Shown: positions 26,881-42,214, counted from the stretch's first letter. The stretch: DNA of 64,000 nt from Eledone cirrhosa (GCA_964016885.1 OZ024740.1:140058001-140122000); one strand, 5' to 3'. Program-made: numbers and translations. The notes: generated from the sequence alone by a model not told the origin.

Positions 26881-27381
26881 ATTATGTATTGTGTATGTAC
26901 ATAACACATACAGATTAGTAAGAGTCTCAAACATTCATTGTGATAAAGTTGAAGTGATAGCTATAAATTGTCCACCTTGTCTGTAATAGTTAATAGTTGT
27001 CTCTTCATTTTTTAAATCTTTTTTACGTTATTCTGTTTTATGTTTATTTTTTTTTCCATTTCCTTTTGCTCTTCCCATCTTTACTGATTCCAAGCAGACG
27101 ATTAAAAAAAGGTTAAAATGGTGGCACTAAGCGACAATAAATTGATTGAAATTGAGTTATATTATCGCTATGAGTTGACAAATACTCATTTTAAAGGATT
27201 GTCTTCAAGGATAAAAAAGAAAAAAGGAAAAGAATCTTCCGTTCAAATTCTTCATCACATTACAATAAAGTAGAACCGAACCGAATTCTCACGTCAGGGG
27301 CTCCGGTTACCGTTGAACTTATTTTCATAGCATAGCTAACATTAAGGGCGGAGTGTGTATGTGATTGTGTGTGTGTGTGTC

Positions 27382-27423
<42 letters not shown>

Positions 27424-28241
27424 AGAAGAAGAAGAAGAAGAAGAAGAAGAAGAAGAAGAAGAAGAAGAAGAAGAAGAAGAAGAAGAAGAAGAAGAAGAAG
27501 AAGAAGAAGAAGAAGAAGAAGAAGAAGAAGAAGAAGAAGAAGAAGAAGAAGAAGAAGAAGAAGAAGAAGAAGAAGAAGAAGAAGAAGAAGAAGAAGAAGA
27601 AGAAGAAGAAGAAGAAGAAGAAGAAGAAGAAGAAGAAGAAGAAGAATGTTTTAGTACTGCAGCCTGCCTTATGATGAGCCATAAGCTAATGCTCAAAAAA
27701 GGTTGCTCCTGTCGGGGCTGAAGTGTTTAAATTCTTTGCAATTATTTATTTATTCCTATACAAAGTTCAAATTCCGCTGTCATACTATTGAAACTTCTGG
27801 TGTTAATCAAACAATTCAGTTTTACCCTTTCATTTTTCTGGGTGTGATTTAATTGACTGTTGCCTAAGAATATGTGGTGTCAAACACTCACAGAGGACCT
27901 CACGTGAGTTTTTAAATTGTACTTTACTTATCGACTTCGAAAGGATGACACATAAAGTTAACTTGTACTCAGGACGAAGAGAGCCAGAACGAATACTGTA
28001 AAGCATTTTATCTGACGTTCTAGCGACTCTGACTATTCGCCGCCTGTACTTCACTTTCTAATGCACACCAGTTAACTCTTACCATTTATAATATACACCC
28101 ATTCCTGCCCCGTATCCCCTTGTCCTCCACTTCTTTAAAGCTTTTAAGTTGCTGCTACTGCTGCAGCCTCTACCGCTTCAGCTAAAGCTGTCATTTTTTT
28201 TTTACTGTTGTTGTTGTTATTGTTGTTGTTTGGGAAAGCTG

Positions 28242-28337
<96 letters not shown>

Positions 28338-31300
28338 AAAGAGAGAAGGTAATATGTGTGTAACATGTAAGCGTTAAATAGTGAGGGAGAAATAAAGGGT
28401 TGAAGAGAGGCATATGCATCACAGCTTCTCATATAGCTTTCCCCCGAAACACACACATACCTAAACCTGCACACCTCAGGTATCATATCTCTGTATGAAA
28501 CATTTAAAATAATTGATAGAATTGTTGCAGCTGTTATTGTTGTTTTTGTTGTCAGTTGTGGAGAGCAGTTTCGGTATTCCATTGCACTGCGAATGGAGTA
28601 AGTCATTGAGAAGAGAAGAGAAAGTTAGAGCATGTATTGACTTGAATATCTGTGTGTGAGAGAGAGGTGGTGAGACAGAGATAGTGAGAGAGATAGTGCG
28701 ATATAGAGAGATAGAGAGATAAGATGATAGATTGACAAAATAGAGACAGCGGGGGAAAAGCAGACGACAGCTGATTTTACTGTTAAATGCTTGTGATTTG
28801 AGACGTCAGTGGCATTATAGTGCTGTATAGTGGTGCAGTGGTACGGTAATGAAATGGTGTAGTGATGTAGTAGTGTAGTGGTACAGTAGTGGTGTAGTAG
28901 TGGTGTAGTAGTGGTGTAGTGGGATAATAATGTTGCAATGGTGTAGCAGTATAGTGGTGTAGTGTTATGGTGTTGTGGTGGTGTATAGCGGTGTTATAGT
29001 GGTGTAGTGTCGTAGTGGTGTAAACGGCTAGAATTAGTTGTATTTAACGGAACTGCTAGAATGTAGAGAAAAGGATGAATAGAGAGTGGAGTAGGAGATA
29101 GTGAGGGGTCGATGGATGCAGTGAAATTTAGTTGAGTAAGAAGAAAGCTAATGCGTGCAAGGTAAAGAACAAAGCGTTGAAAGAAGTAGAGAGATATGAG
29201 TGCACTACAGTAGTTTCCAAACTTTTCTCAGCCAAAGACCCATTTTACTTCAATGAATTTTTCCACGGACTCACACTAAAATTCCTTTCTAGGTTGTTAT
29301 CAGTACGTATAACAATCGAAAAGAAAATATATCTATACTTAAAGAAGAACACATACCCAAAATCGTGGTGCATATTCTTTTTCATAAAGTCTAGAATGTT
29401 GAACTTAGTTCACGTGGTGCATATAGATGGGTTGGATGGCAAGATGGCTTGATGAAGTGATGGATGGAATGGACTGGGTGATAGATAGATGGATATATAA
29501 ACAGAAGCGAATAGCTAACAAGTTAAATATATAGATAGAGAGAGACAGAGAAGGGGGGGGGGAGAAAGAAAGAGAGAAGGACCTGGCAGAATATAAAGAA
29601 AGAGAAAAGTAAGTGCGTTGTAAAATGAGAGAGGGCGAAGGGGTGACATAGAATGAAAAAGAGACATGATAAGAAGTGTAATGAAAAGATGATATAAAAA
29701 GGAGATGGATAAAAATCAAAATGAGAAAAAAAACGTTGTAAAGGAAAGGGGAAAATAACAGAAAAAACTAAAGGCAGTTAGCAAAATGAGAACGATAATG
29801 TGTGTGTGCGTGTGTGTATGTGTGTATTTATATATGTGTTTTTAAGTGATTCTCTGAATAACTGAGAATGTGCGGCGTGTTTGTCTGCATTTGTATGTGT
29901 GTTTGTGAGTGAATAGGAATTTATCTGTATACGTGTATTTGTATGCGTTTGTGTGAGCTAGTGAGAGTATATGTGTGTCTGTGTATGAGTGTGTCTATGT
30001 GAGGCTCTCTGTAGTTGTATTTTTGATAAGAAACTGTGTATAAGATTACAATTATTTATTGATAATTTACTAACAAAAATACAACAAAAAGAAGGAAACA
30101 AACAAAGAAAAGAAAGAAACAGAGGAAATGAAATGAAAAAGTAAAAGATGAGGTTAAAAAGAAAAGAACGAGTATATGAAAGAATCAGAGAATCAGCTGG
30201 AACTCTCCAGTAACAATTTAGTAAGGCAGGTGAAACACTGTTGTTTGTAGTTTGTTTGATAGATGAGAAGGTTCTCTCTAAAGAAATATTATATTTCATT
30301 ATGAAAAGGACAATCAGAGCAATTCAATTGCTATTACGAACCGCTAAAACAATGAACGCATCTATTGAGGACAATCAAAGAAACAAACAGGCAGAGAAAA
30401 ATAAACAATCAATTGTAAACAGAAAATATAGTATAATATAGTGATTTCTAATTTAGGCACAGGAACAGTAATTTGTGAGTAAGGGAATGTCGATTATACA
30501 GACCATAGTATTTTACTGGTACTTTATTTATCACTTCGAAGGGATGAAAGGCAAAGTTGACCTAATAGTATAATTTACTATAATACAAATACAAGGTATG
30601 TGTTGTTTTGGACCTCCGTGTTTTGGACCTTGTTTGAACAACGGAACATCTTGCTCGTCAAATCAATGTACAGGTGGCTAAGCATTCCCCAGACACAGGC
30701 ACCATTAACGTAGTTCTCAGAGATATTCTGCATGTCACAGAATGTGACAAGGCTGGCTTTTTGAATTACATGTACAACTCATTTTTGCCTGCCGAGCGGA
30801 CTGGAGCAACGGGAAATAAAGTGTCTTGCTCAAAGTCACAACACACCACCGAGAATCGAACTCACCACCTTACGATCGTGAGCCGAACACCCTAACCACT
30901 TAGACACGCACCTTCACATACATACAAACACACATACATACATACATACATACATGCATGCATACATACATACATACATACATACATACATACATACATA
31001 CATACATACATACATACATACATACATACATACATACATACATACATACATACATACATACATGATAGCAGCTGTCCAGTGATAAAGAATGGCTAGCAAA
31101 CGTCATCAGCTTGACTCCTGTGGGTGTTGTGAACGGATGTGTTTTGCATAGAGTTGACAGTTGTGCAACGCTCTCGAGATAACATTATTGGCCACTTGAG
31201 GCTCATTATTCACTTTGGTGTACCTTTTTAGGCCGCCAGCTGAGCTGCATTATTTGTCATAGGTTCTGCATATATGTATGTTGTTTTTCCGGCCAAAACG

Positions 31301-31480
31301 ATTTGGTAATCGGCAAGAACTCTATATTTATGGCTGCGAAAATTACTTGCTGAAGAAGAATCTGTTATAGATATCACATGTTAAACCATGGATATCACCA
31401 GTTTGTTATGGTAAATTGACAGCAAGGCCCTTTCTGACATCCCTTTTAAATTTCTCATGTTGTACCTGAGATGTCTAGAA

Positions 31481-31643
31481 AATAATTGTTTCTACTTTTG
31501 GCACAAGGCCAGCAATTATACCAGTGTATTACTGGTACTTTATTTTATCCACCCTGTAAGGATGAAAGGCAAAGTTAACCTCGGCGGGAATTGAACTCAG
31601 ATCATAAAGGGAGGTAACTCTATGCTTGAAAGCATGGTGTCCG
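31481..31643 (-). mobile_element. Young SINE, family 1, 5'-truncated
   Basis: Reverse complement of the consensus; abuts an RTE remnant. Confidence 0.85.
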
Positions 31644-32630
31644 ATGTTTCCTTGAAAGACCATCTTTTTCAATTTACTTCTACTAAAGACTTCAGTTTCC
31701 CATGTTGCAATATTGATGATAGCACGTATAAGGGATTCTACAAGATAGTCCTTATATCTCTTCCTGAGCCTATGAAATGGTTGCTTTCCACTGGCCAGTT
31801 CTTCATACAATATCCTCTAGGGAAGCCAACTGCCATCCATGCAGACCATATGACCACTCCATCTCAGCCTGGTTTTCAGAACCATGTGTTTCATGCTCTC
31901 ACAATGCCTTCTCTCAAGAACCTCGGTATAACTTACGTGGTGTCTCCAGTCAATTCCACCAATCCTTCTAAGACTCATTTTGTGAAACCTTTCAAGTTGT
32001 TTTTTTTTTTACTGAGGCCTGTAAGTTACCCATGTTACAAAAGCGTACAGCGATGATGTGAGAACGCATGCATTGTACACTTTTACTTTTGTCTGCAGTG
32101 AGATCCCATGTTGAGACCATAGATGTGCCTCAAGGTTCCCAAAGCATGACTTTCTGAATCCTGAGATTCACTTCATTGTCATACATACATACATAATGGC
32201 TGGCCCCTCGTTATCGAGTATGACCATTGTACGATATACCATTATTAATAGGTATCTATTAATTAATTCTATCGTGCGTGAAGATAATTTTTAAAGTGAG
32301 GAAAGACTGTGCACTGAGCCAATCCCACTCTCTGAGCGACAGTAGCTATAACCGGAAAAGAAGAAAAGATCAGCATCATAGGTAACTACTGAGCCGCAGG
32401 TTTTATATCGGAGTTTTCCCAGTTTCCTGAAGAATGCCCTGACAAAGGCTAGGGATCCTTCACTCCCAGTGGTTTAACCGCACGATCGGGTGTCCAGCCC
32501 GACTATTTCAATGTCCCCGCGCATATACATACACATGCATCCATGTATATACACATATACATATACATACATATGTACATGCGTATATACATATTTACAC
32601 ACTTTTGGATGGCCGTTGACTCTTATGAGT
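31644..32630 (-). mobile_element. Internally deleted RTE LINE (5' UTR-like block plus ORF C-terminus)
   Basis: Minus strand: LWSQHGISLQTKVKVYNACVL...YEELASGK...RKRYKDYL...WET, typical of the RTE C-terminus. The 32197-32630 block matches 2447-2810. Confidence 0.7.
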
Positions 32631-32672
32631 CCTTTGTCAGGTTTTGTTACATACATACTTTGTCAGCTTTTG

Positions 32673-32703
<31 letters not shown>

Positions 32704-33444
32704 CAATTATACATACATACATACATACATACATACATACATACATACATACATACATACATACATACATACATACATACATACATACATACATACATGA
32801 TTAATTCATTTTGTCAGATGATTGTCGTGCTATCATCCTGTGTTCTAATATGACACTTAATTCTTAATATCCTCCAATGATTTAGCAGAAAATGTCTAAA
32901 AATGGGTTTGTTATAAATGTTTTTCATATCTAACTCATGGAAAGATCATTTTGAAAATCTTTTGAATTATATTAAAGGCCATACTTTTTATGATGTAGTC
33001 ATAATGCTGTTGCATACTTTGCAAGAATATCTTGCAAACGTGGTTTCGTGTGTAACCAACTGATAATTCAGAAGGTCTAGAGTTAAGATTACAGACAAAA
33101 CTGAGCATTTCTACAGGATTGGTTGACGGAATCTATGAAATTACCTTCTTGTACATATATCTTTCCAGTCCTAGTTTGAACTTACGCTCTTTGCTGCATA
33201 TTGCACAAATAGTATTTTTCGGGGGTGGGAGAAAGAGATTTATATTCGTTGATTGGTTATGTGAGTGTGTATGCGATTTCATGCGATTAACATAGCCTGC
33301 CTTCGAACGAACATATTATCATACATGTATATATTAATATATACATATACTTAGACACACCACACACCACACGCACAATTCATATATATATACTGTATAT
33401 TACATACATACGTATGTATGTATGTATCTATAGAACCACACATA

Positions 33445-33781
33445 TAGCTACTTCCTGACATACGACCGGGTCCCGTTCTAACCAGCTGGTCGTAGATCGA
33501 TATGGACATAACTTGAAAGATTTACGTATGACCAGGTATATATTTTATACGCATTGTTCATATGTAATGTACGTACATAGCAGATATATTTTATCTTATC
33601 TTCTTTATGCATTATTATACAGATTTATGAATACGTATTGAGGCATGATTTTTTGGCCTCTTCGTGTGTATGTATTCGGACATAGGAATAACGGATGCCC
33701 TGAGAAAATGCGCGTACGTACGCGGAAATATAAGTGGTCGTAACTGCGAGTGATCGTAGGTCGTATCTCGAGATGTGTCTG
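33445..33781. mobile_element. Possible pogo/Tigger-like MITE, degenerate
   Basis: Ends TA|TAGCTACTTCCTGACATACGACC and GGTCGTATCTCGAGATGTGTCTG|TA are imperfect inverted repeats. Subterminal GTCGTA motifs. Confidence 0.4.
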
Positions 33782-34024
33782 TATATATAAACGTGATAAT
33801 GAGCGATTTGTCAAAGTAACGAGGAAGACATGTAAACAGCTTGTCCATCAGCTATACTATCATCGCAGCTCAACACCCACCACTCTATCCACCCATCCAC
33901 CATTAGCAAACACCGGCACCACTACCATCAGTATTCTTGTTTTCTTCTTGTTATGTTGCATACATACATACATAAATGCTATTGCCGCCGCCGCCGCCGC
34001 CGCCGCCGCCGCTGCTGCTGCTGC

Positions 34025-34059
<35 letters not shown>

Positions 34060-34191
34060 GTTTGCTTTCCATAGCATAAGCCTTTTTATTTTACATATAC
34101 CACAACAGACCGAAAGTTTGACAGAAAGCTAGTCGTACAAACAGAAGAGAGAGAAAGAAAGAGAGGAGACAACCAGTTATACAGAGAGAGT

Positions 34192-34259
<68 letters not shown>

Positions 34260-34478
34260 CAGAAAGAATCTCAAAACTACATGTCAGTCCTGTTATCTGT
34301 CAATTAGAAATTAGTTGAAATGTGAGGTGGGGGCTGGTTTTGGTCGATAGATGTGATGGTGGCTGCCATTTACATCAGGTTGGGTGGGCTTGTACACAAC
34401 ACAAGTAAGAAAAGTATTTATTTTAAAGGTGAATGTTGTATTTAAAAGTAAGTTGTCGGCAGCTGGAATGGTCTAAAC

Positions 34479-34793
34479 CAGTGGTTCGCAGCCTTTTGTG
34501 CACCATGCTCCACCTCAACATCTAAAAAATGTTTATCTCCCCATTTGACATGAAAACAGCAATGATCAACGGCAAAGTGTAAAAACAATTGGTGTATAAG
34601 TGGTGCCAAATGCACAATAACATATGGAGGAGGTGAGACAGGAGTTTCTGACAGTAATGTGCACCAATGTTGCGTTGTGTAAAAGTAATAAAGTAAAACC
34701 TGAGGCTTGTATCATTAACATCATTTTTAAATAGCTCCCTTAAATATTCAAATTTCCCCCTCTGGAGTGTGCATCCCATGTTGGGAATCACTG
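34479..34793. mobile_element. hAT (Charlie-like) MITE
   Basis: TIRs CAGTGGTTCGCAGC / GTTGGGAATCACTG and 8 bp TSD-like flanks GTCTAAAC / GTCTAAGG. Confidence 0.7.
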
Positions 34794-35358
34794 GTCTAAG
34801 GTAAGCCTAATACTTGTGGCCTATGAGGGGGTCTTGGGGTCGCCGACGTGACAATGATGTGTCTTGGGCATTTTAAACCAAGTCTGAACACAGTTAATTT
34901 CTTCCAGAAAATAAAAGAGAGAAAAAACTGAGAGAACGAACGAACAATAGAGAGGGTTGGGGAGGTGTGAAAGAATTAGGAAGGAAGAATCCCCGAAAAA
35001 ACGAAAAACAAACTTGACCGTGGTGGAATGTGAACTCGGAGACCAGAGAGTCGAGACGAATACTATAAAGTATTCTATCCAACGTTCTATCGACTCTGCA
35101 ATGTTGCCGCCTTAAGGCTGGCCAGAGAGAATCAAAGACGAAACAAAGGAATCGGAATGTACCGAAAGTAGAAATTTGTGTGTGTGTTTTTGTTAGTGTT
35201 GTAGTCTTGTTTCTTTAGAGGTCTCTTTGGTGTTTTTTATCTTATATTTTGCTAAAATGAGCCATCATGATCGAATAAAACCACCTGACATCTGACTGAT
35301 GATTGTGACGTGTGACATCTACGGAAGGGACGGGAAGCAGCTGTGTGTATATGTGTCA

Positions 35359-35445
<87 letters not shown>

Positions 35446-35601
35446 TGAGTTTGTGTCTGTGAATGAATGTGTGTTACTCTGTGTGTGTGTTGTGTATGTG
35501 TGTGTATGTCTGTTGTATGCGTGTTTATGGTTAGAAGGTATAAATTAGACTCAGTTACCACATATATACATACAAAAACGTGTGTGAATATATCCACACA
35601 G

Positions 35602-35667
<66 letters not shown>

Positions 35668-35723
35668 CGCATACAAATGCATACACACAAACATTTTCTC
35701 TCAGACATACACACGTGAAAATG

Positions 35724-35798
<75 letters not shown>

Positions 35799-37308
35799 CA
35801 AACATCAAGTGAACAAAGAGAACTTAATTATGTTGTCGCTCTTCCAGCTCAAATCTAACAATCAAATGTCCGGTCCCTCAATTAACTTATTATCGTTGTT
35901 GAAATGGGGAAAAATACTATTTGTATCTAATTGGAAAACATTGGGCAGAGTGTTATGCGGTATTCGTGCCTGCTTTCTGCGCTCTATCTTCAAATTCTGC
36001 TGAGCTCACCTACACCTTCCATCCTTCCGAGGTCGACAAAATACCAGTTCAGTACACGACTTCGATTCCCCTTCTATAACTTTTTCTTTTTCATGTGCTG
36101 TGATCTCTTTGTCTCTCTCACTCTCTTTCTCATGAAATAATCGGTTGTGTTCAGATCTAGAGACGGAAGGGCTGTGCCTGGTTTAGATACCCAGACGCGC
36201 CGTATGTCATGATGGAGCCTCTACGACAACAGAAGGAGCTAAGGACCCATAGCATAGAAATCACGAGTTGTTGAGATAGTTGGCGTCCTCCCTTATAACA
36301 ATGGTTGTTGAAGCAGTTGGCATTCTCTTTTGGAATATCATAGGACATTGGCTGTTGAAGCAGTTGCCATCTTCCCCTGAAATATATTAATTTTCTTGTT
36401 TGATGATGTAACTCCACCAATTCACCACCGAGATTGGTATCTTATTCATCGACACTAAAATGCTGAAAAGCAATGTAGCCCCAGTGAGATTTTGTCTTTT
36501 AGCTTCACAACTAATTCGCTACCTTCATTACAAGTTGAAAGTTTATCACTTCATCTATGTTGTCTCGCTGCTAGAGAAGGTTACGAATGTCATATAATCT
36601 CATTTAACAAAGGTGATCTTGATGGAATTAAATTCAGAGACAATGAATGCCACAAAATATTCTATTCGATTCGCCACCTCAGCAGAACAGTACAATGTTT
36701 ATAGGGATCAGAAACAGATCAGAGATGATGTGTTTCTGTGCTTTAAAAGGAAACCTAGTTTGGTAAATTCTGCCGAGGTCAACTTTGCATTTCATCCTTT
36801 GGTGGCAGAAAAAATAAGATAGTAGTCCATTGTTGAAATTGTTAAAGAGTCGTTCAGGGTGATTTACGGTATCGTATCTGTATCTACCAGGAGTTGCGAC
36901 CGACAGATAGAATCAGCAATGAAAAGATCTTGGAATTAATGTTTCTTTTCTGACAAGCAGCTCATTTCCTTTTATTGTGAAGGCGCGTGGCCTGATGGCT
37001 AGGATGTTTCGTCTTTCGATCATAAGGTTGGTGGGGGTGGGGATCGATCCACAAACTGGACAGTACCTTGTGTCTTTGAGCAATTTACTTCGTTTTAAAT
37101 TGTTCTAGTCCAGTTATCTGAAAATTAAAATCACGTTCAAAGAGAGATCTTGCAATCTCAATTGTGGGACGCTACATAAAACCGGGAATAAGTCTGACCT
37201 GATGAGACTCTAGAGTGAAAAAAGACTTGAACTTTTATCATTCATACATATAAACATCTTTACACATACTGAAAGATTGTTATCTTATATCATATAATGT
37301 TATACTAT

Positions 37309-37562
37309 AATTGTTTCTACTTTTGGCACACGGCCAGCTATTACCCAGTACATTACTGGTACTTTATTTTATCGACCCCGTAAGGATGAAAGGCAAAGTT
37401 AACCTCGGCGGGAATGTTATACTATAATTGTTTCTACTTTTGGCACAAGGCCAGCAATTACCCAGTACATTACTGGTACTTTATTTTATCGACCCCGTAA
37501 GGAAGAAAGGCAAAGTTAACCTCGGCGGGATTTGAACTTAGACCGTAAAGGCACGTAACTAT
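37309..37562 (-). mobile_element. Two tandem 5'-truncated family-1 SINEs
   Basis: Copies at 37309-37413 and 37426-37562, separated and flanked by ATGTTATACTATAAT three times. Confidence 0.85.
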
Positions 37563-38153
37563 ATTATAACTATGTTATACTATAATGCTTGTATGTAAGG
37601 TGGCGAATTTTGCAGGGACATTAGAGCAACGGATGAAATGCCTTGCTGCATTTGATCCGGTTGTCTGAGCTCTAAGTTCAAATCACACCAAGTTCAACTT
37701 TGTCTTTTATCCGGGGTTCGATAAATAAAGAACCAACTTAGGGCGATGGACGGGTGGAATTATTGGAGCTGCGGTGGGGAAAATGATGACATAATGGGGC
37801 TGGGACCTCTAGTACTAAAACACTGAAAAGACCTCCTGTGAGATGCAACCTTGTGGGAGGTTGGCTAAACCTACACAAGTGTGAGCCGTAACAACAACAA
37901 CAATAACAACAACATATAACGCTACTAGATGGGACTGTTTTTACTGAAGCAATTGTATTTGCAGCTGAATACCTGAATATCTACCTTTGTCTATTGTGGG
38001 GTAGAAATGAAACCTGTTTTTGTCAATCAGAAAAACGAGAGGAAGTTTATGTTGCTTTCACTTGAAACACGACATAACAGCTGAATAGTTTAAAACTAAA
38101 TGAAGAGCAAACCAGCTTTCCAATATCACCGTCTATCTCCCATCTTTCCCCCA

Positions 38154-38235
<82 letters not shown>

Positions 38236-39213
38236 AGATACGTTATAAACATTATATTATGAATGATAAGCATTATGTGATCAGTGAAGGCAGAAGCGTT
38301 AGAGTACTGCACGAAAGGAATCATTTGTCCTCTTTGTTTCAGTTCTTCACGTACTAAATTCAAATCCTATCGAGGTCAGCTTTGACTTTCATCTTTCTCA
38401 AATTGCCTAAACTTGACTTTCATTTTTCCAGGGTCGATAAGATAAAGCGCCAATCAAATACTGTAGTCGAATAATCAAATTTCTGAAATTGCTGGCCTTG
38501 TACCTAAATTTCAAATCCCGCCGAATGTAGCTATGCCTTTCATTTTTACGAGGTCGATCAAATAAAGTGCCTATAGTAGAAACCATTATCAATGCGACAT
38601 GAGGTGGTGAGTTGCTGGATAGAAATGGTAGCATTTTAGTATTTTGTTTTCCCTTTCTAGATTCAAATGGCATCAGGTTCAAATTCTATTATTGCTAGTT
38701 CAGGAAAGGTGGCAGTATCAGTGACCTTTTTCAGGGCTACCGTGACTAATGGATAAGAGGGATGGATGAAGATGCGCTCGACCCGAACATCTCGCCAGAA
38801 TATCTACAACAGAATGGAGTCCGCTAAAAGCACCCAAGGGTCAGATGGTGGTGTTAAACCCAAATTAGAAATATTTATCATATTTGTTAAAGTATTTTCT
38901 TTTTTTTGTATGTGTATGTGCGTGAGTTGTTGTTTTTTATATTATTCAGAAGTCTTCAGATTATCTGTAGTAGAAAAGACATTAAAAAATAGATAAAGGT
39001 CATTGGGTGCACCTTTTGAGCAATAATTCTTCTTCTTTCGAGGGTGTTAACTAAGAACGTTGACAGCTAAAATTGTCTAAATTCCTTTATAGAAGAAGAG
39101 ACAATAAATGGCGGTAAAATTAATGTCTGGACATAATTTTATTGTGTTGCTACAGAAATATCTTAATGTGAGTGATTGTGTGTCTGCGAGTGTGCGCGTT
39201 TGTATGTGTATAA

Positions 39214-39298
<85 letters not shown>

Positions 39299-39299
39299 A

Positions 39300-39330
<31 letters not shown>

Positions 39331-39332
<2 letters not shown>

Positions 39333-40567
39333 GATAATAATGGAGCTGCGGCGCTGCAAATGGGTTACATATGAAAAAGTGTGTCCTCATCAGTGGCCAT
39401 CCAACCGTCGTAGGCATTTCGTCGCATTAAAGGCCATATACCTCAGGTTGGTGCGAGCAACGGCTAAAAAAAGTCGTTGGGACACGTAAATAAAGGGGAC
39501 GCTAGGGTAAACAAACAAAATGGTTTAAGCCGCAGAAAGTGATGAAGAAGGAAACAAGTCCCAGATTTCTATGAATATAAATTCGGTGGAATCGTGAACG
39601 AGAGAATAAAGACCATCAAACCTGGTTGAAATGTGAGCAAGGAAGGAATTTCGCACAGGTCTAACGGGAGGAAGAAGGGGCCTGGTCTGCGAATTCGGTA
39701 AACATAAGTTCTGTGAAGTCGCAGACGAGAGAGAGAGAAAAAAATTCATACCGGCTTGGTCAAGTGCCCGCGAGAAAAGGATTACGGACAGGTCAAACGG
39801 GAAGAAAGGGGAGGAGGAGAGGTAGTGACAGAGAGTGGGTGAGTGAAAGGTGAGGAAGAGGCTAACAGAGAGAGAGACTGCTAGAAAGGGTAAAGACACA
39901 AAGAACGAAACAGACTGGTGGCAGCGGAGGAAAAAATATATGTGTAAATATGATAATAATGGAGCTGCGGCGCTGCAAATGGGTTACATATGAAAAAGTT
40001 TGTCCTCATCAGTGGCCATCCAACCGTCGTAGGCATTTCGTCGCATTAAAGGCCATATACCTCAGGTTGGTGCGAGCAACGGCTAAAAAAAGTCGTTGGG
40101 ACACGTAAATAAAGGAGACGCTAGGGTAAACAAACAAAATGGTTTAAGCAGCAGAAAGTGATGAAGAAGGAAACAAGTCCCAGATTTCTATGAATATAAA
40201 TTCGGACCCCTTCTTCCTCCCGTTAGACCTGTGCGAAATTCCTTCCTTGCTCACATTTCAACCAGGTCCTCCCGTTAGACCTGTGCGAAATTCCTTCCTT
40301 GCTCACATTTCAACCAGGTTTGATGGTCTTTATTCTCTCGTTCACGATTCCACCGAATTTATATTCATAGAAATCTGGGACTTGTTTCCTTCTTCATCAC
40401 TTTCTGATGCTTAAACCATTTTGTTTGTTTACCCTAGCGTTCCCTTTATTTACGTGTCCCAACGACTTATTTTTAGCCGTTGCTCGCACCAACCTGAGGT
40501 ATATGGCCTTTAATGCGACGAAATGCCTACGACGGTTGGATGGCCACTGATGAGGACAAACTTTTTC

Positions 40568-40570
<3 letters not shown>
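39331..40570. mobile_element. Tandem plus inverted repeat unit (Penelope pLTR-like architecture) between (TA)n tracts
   Basis: 39331-39585 is repeated directly at 39950-40205. 40210-40570 is the reverse complement of about 39370-39680. A diverged relative lies at about 54290-54577. Confidence 0.7.
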
Positions 40571-40649
<79 letters not shown>

Positions 40650-42214
40650 ACAGACAGAAACAGAGAGAAATATATTTTATGTGTGTATGTATGTATATAT
40701 GTGTACTCGAAGTGAGAGGAAACAGACTCTTTAAGAAAGGCCGTCAAACAAAACTAAGCAAAGCTTGATATGTCTTAATTTTTTTTAAATCTGAAGCTCA
40801 TCGAACCGGAGCTTATACCGGTTTCATGTGAAGTTAAGTAACCGAGAATACAAGATTCCAATGCGTTGTAATGTTAACTCCCATGTGTTGCTGCTCCTGC
40901 TGGTACTCAAGATTAATTAGTACTATTTTTTTAAGCGGCATGAACGTGAAATCCTTTCATCAATTCTACTCAACTCCAGCGGAGCCAGTAGCGTTTAAAA
41001 CTACTATTGAATCGTGCAATAATATGACACGCTGTAAATAGTGCAGTAACAAAAGTGATAGTAGATTTTGGGGTCTTTCAACATAAAAGAAAAAAAAGAA
41101 AGACAACACGGGATATTGTAATCTGTTTCGACATTTGTCCTTCAACAACAACGACAAGAGAACAAGGCACCAGAAAGATCAAACAGATATACAAACCAGA
41201 AGGAAAAACACTCAACTCATGTTGCAGAATTTATTTATTCGTCCGAAACTGACTATTCATTCGACTACAACTCGAAGGTTTTAGCTACGTGTTTTGACGA
41301 GAAACCTCTGCCCAAAATATTTACTCATCTTGCTTTCCTTTCCTCAACTATGCTTCGTGGAATAGAGTTACGGCCCTTTATGTTCTGAGTTCAAATCCTG
41401 CTAAGGTTAGTTTTGCCTTTCATCCTAACGAGGTCGATAAAATAGAGTACCAGTAACACACTAGAGTCAATTTAATCGACTTTCCTCTCCCCAAAATTGT
41501 TAGCCTTGTGCCTAAATCAGAAACCATGTTTTGCTCATTGTTTAGCTGTTGTTTCTTTGCTTTCAATTTGTACGTGTTCTGTGTAGATATTAATTACCAC
41601 GCTGATATAGATTTAACCCGGATTACTCTTGGATTTATTTTTTATTGGCAGTGAGTTGGTAGAGTCATTAGAACGTCGGTATTTGTTCCACTTTTCCGCA
41701 CTCTGAGTTCAAATCCCGCTGTGCTTTCTTACAGTTCTTGCTGCTAGCCAATGGCTGTGGAGTTAATTTTGATTCATCTAACCACATCATTTTCGCTAGT
41801 TTCACCCACCTTTTCTAAAATATATTAGAGGGCAACACTCCACTCTATACCGTTACTTCCTGCAGAGTGATATTTGAAGTTGGCGAGCGCTTGTTCTGGG
41901 AGGAAACGTTCTGTCCTCAAACATTCCAACCGTGACCACTATGCCACTTCCTTCACCATATACACCAAACAGAGGAAGACTATTCACTTTTCTCTTGGCA
42001 AGGAAGGTAGTGGTTCAATCTTAGTGAATAATTGTTTCTACTTTTGGCACAAGGCCAGTAATTATTCCAGTATATTACTGGTACTTTATTTTATCGATTT
42101 AGTGAATAATGAATTCAAAGAAAATAAAAAAGTATGAAATCAATATAAGCCACCTGTTTGAATTTTATTGGTCGGGATAGGTAACGGGATTATGGCACAA
42201 GTAATGATACTGTA

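Noticed and set aside
37195-37230. CTGATGAGACTCTAGAGTGAAA
   Set aside because: No UH triplet or stem I partner; it coincides with a SINE tail.
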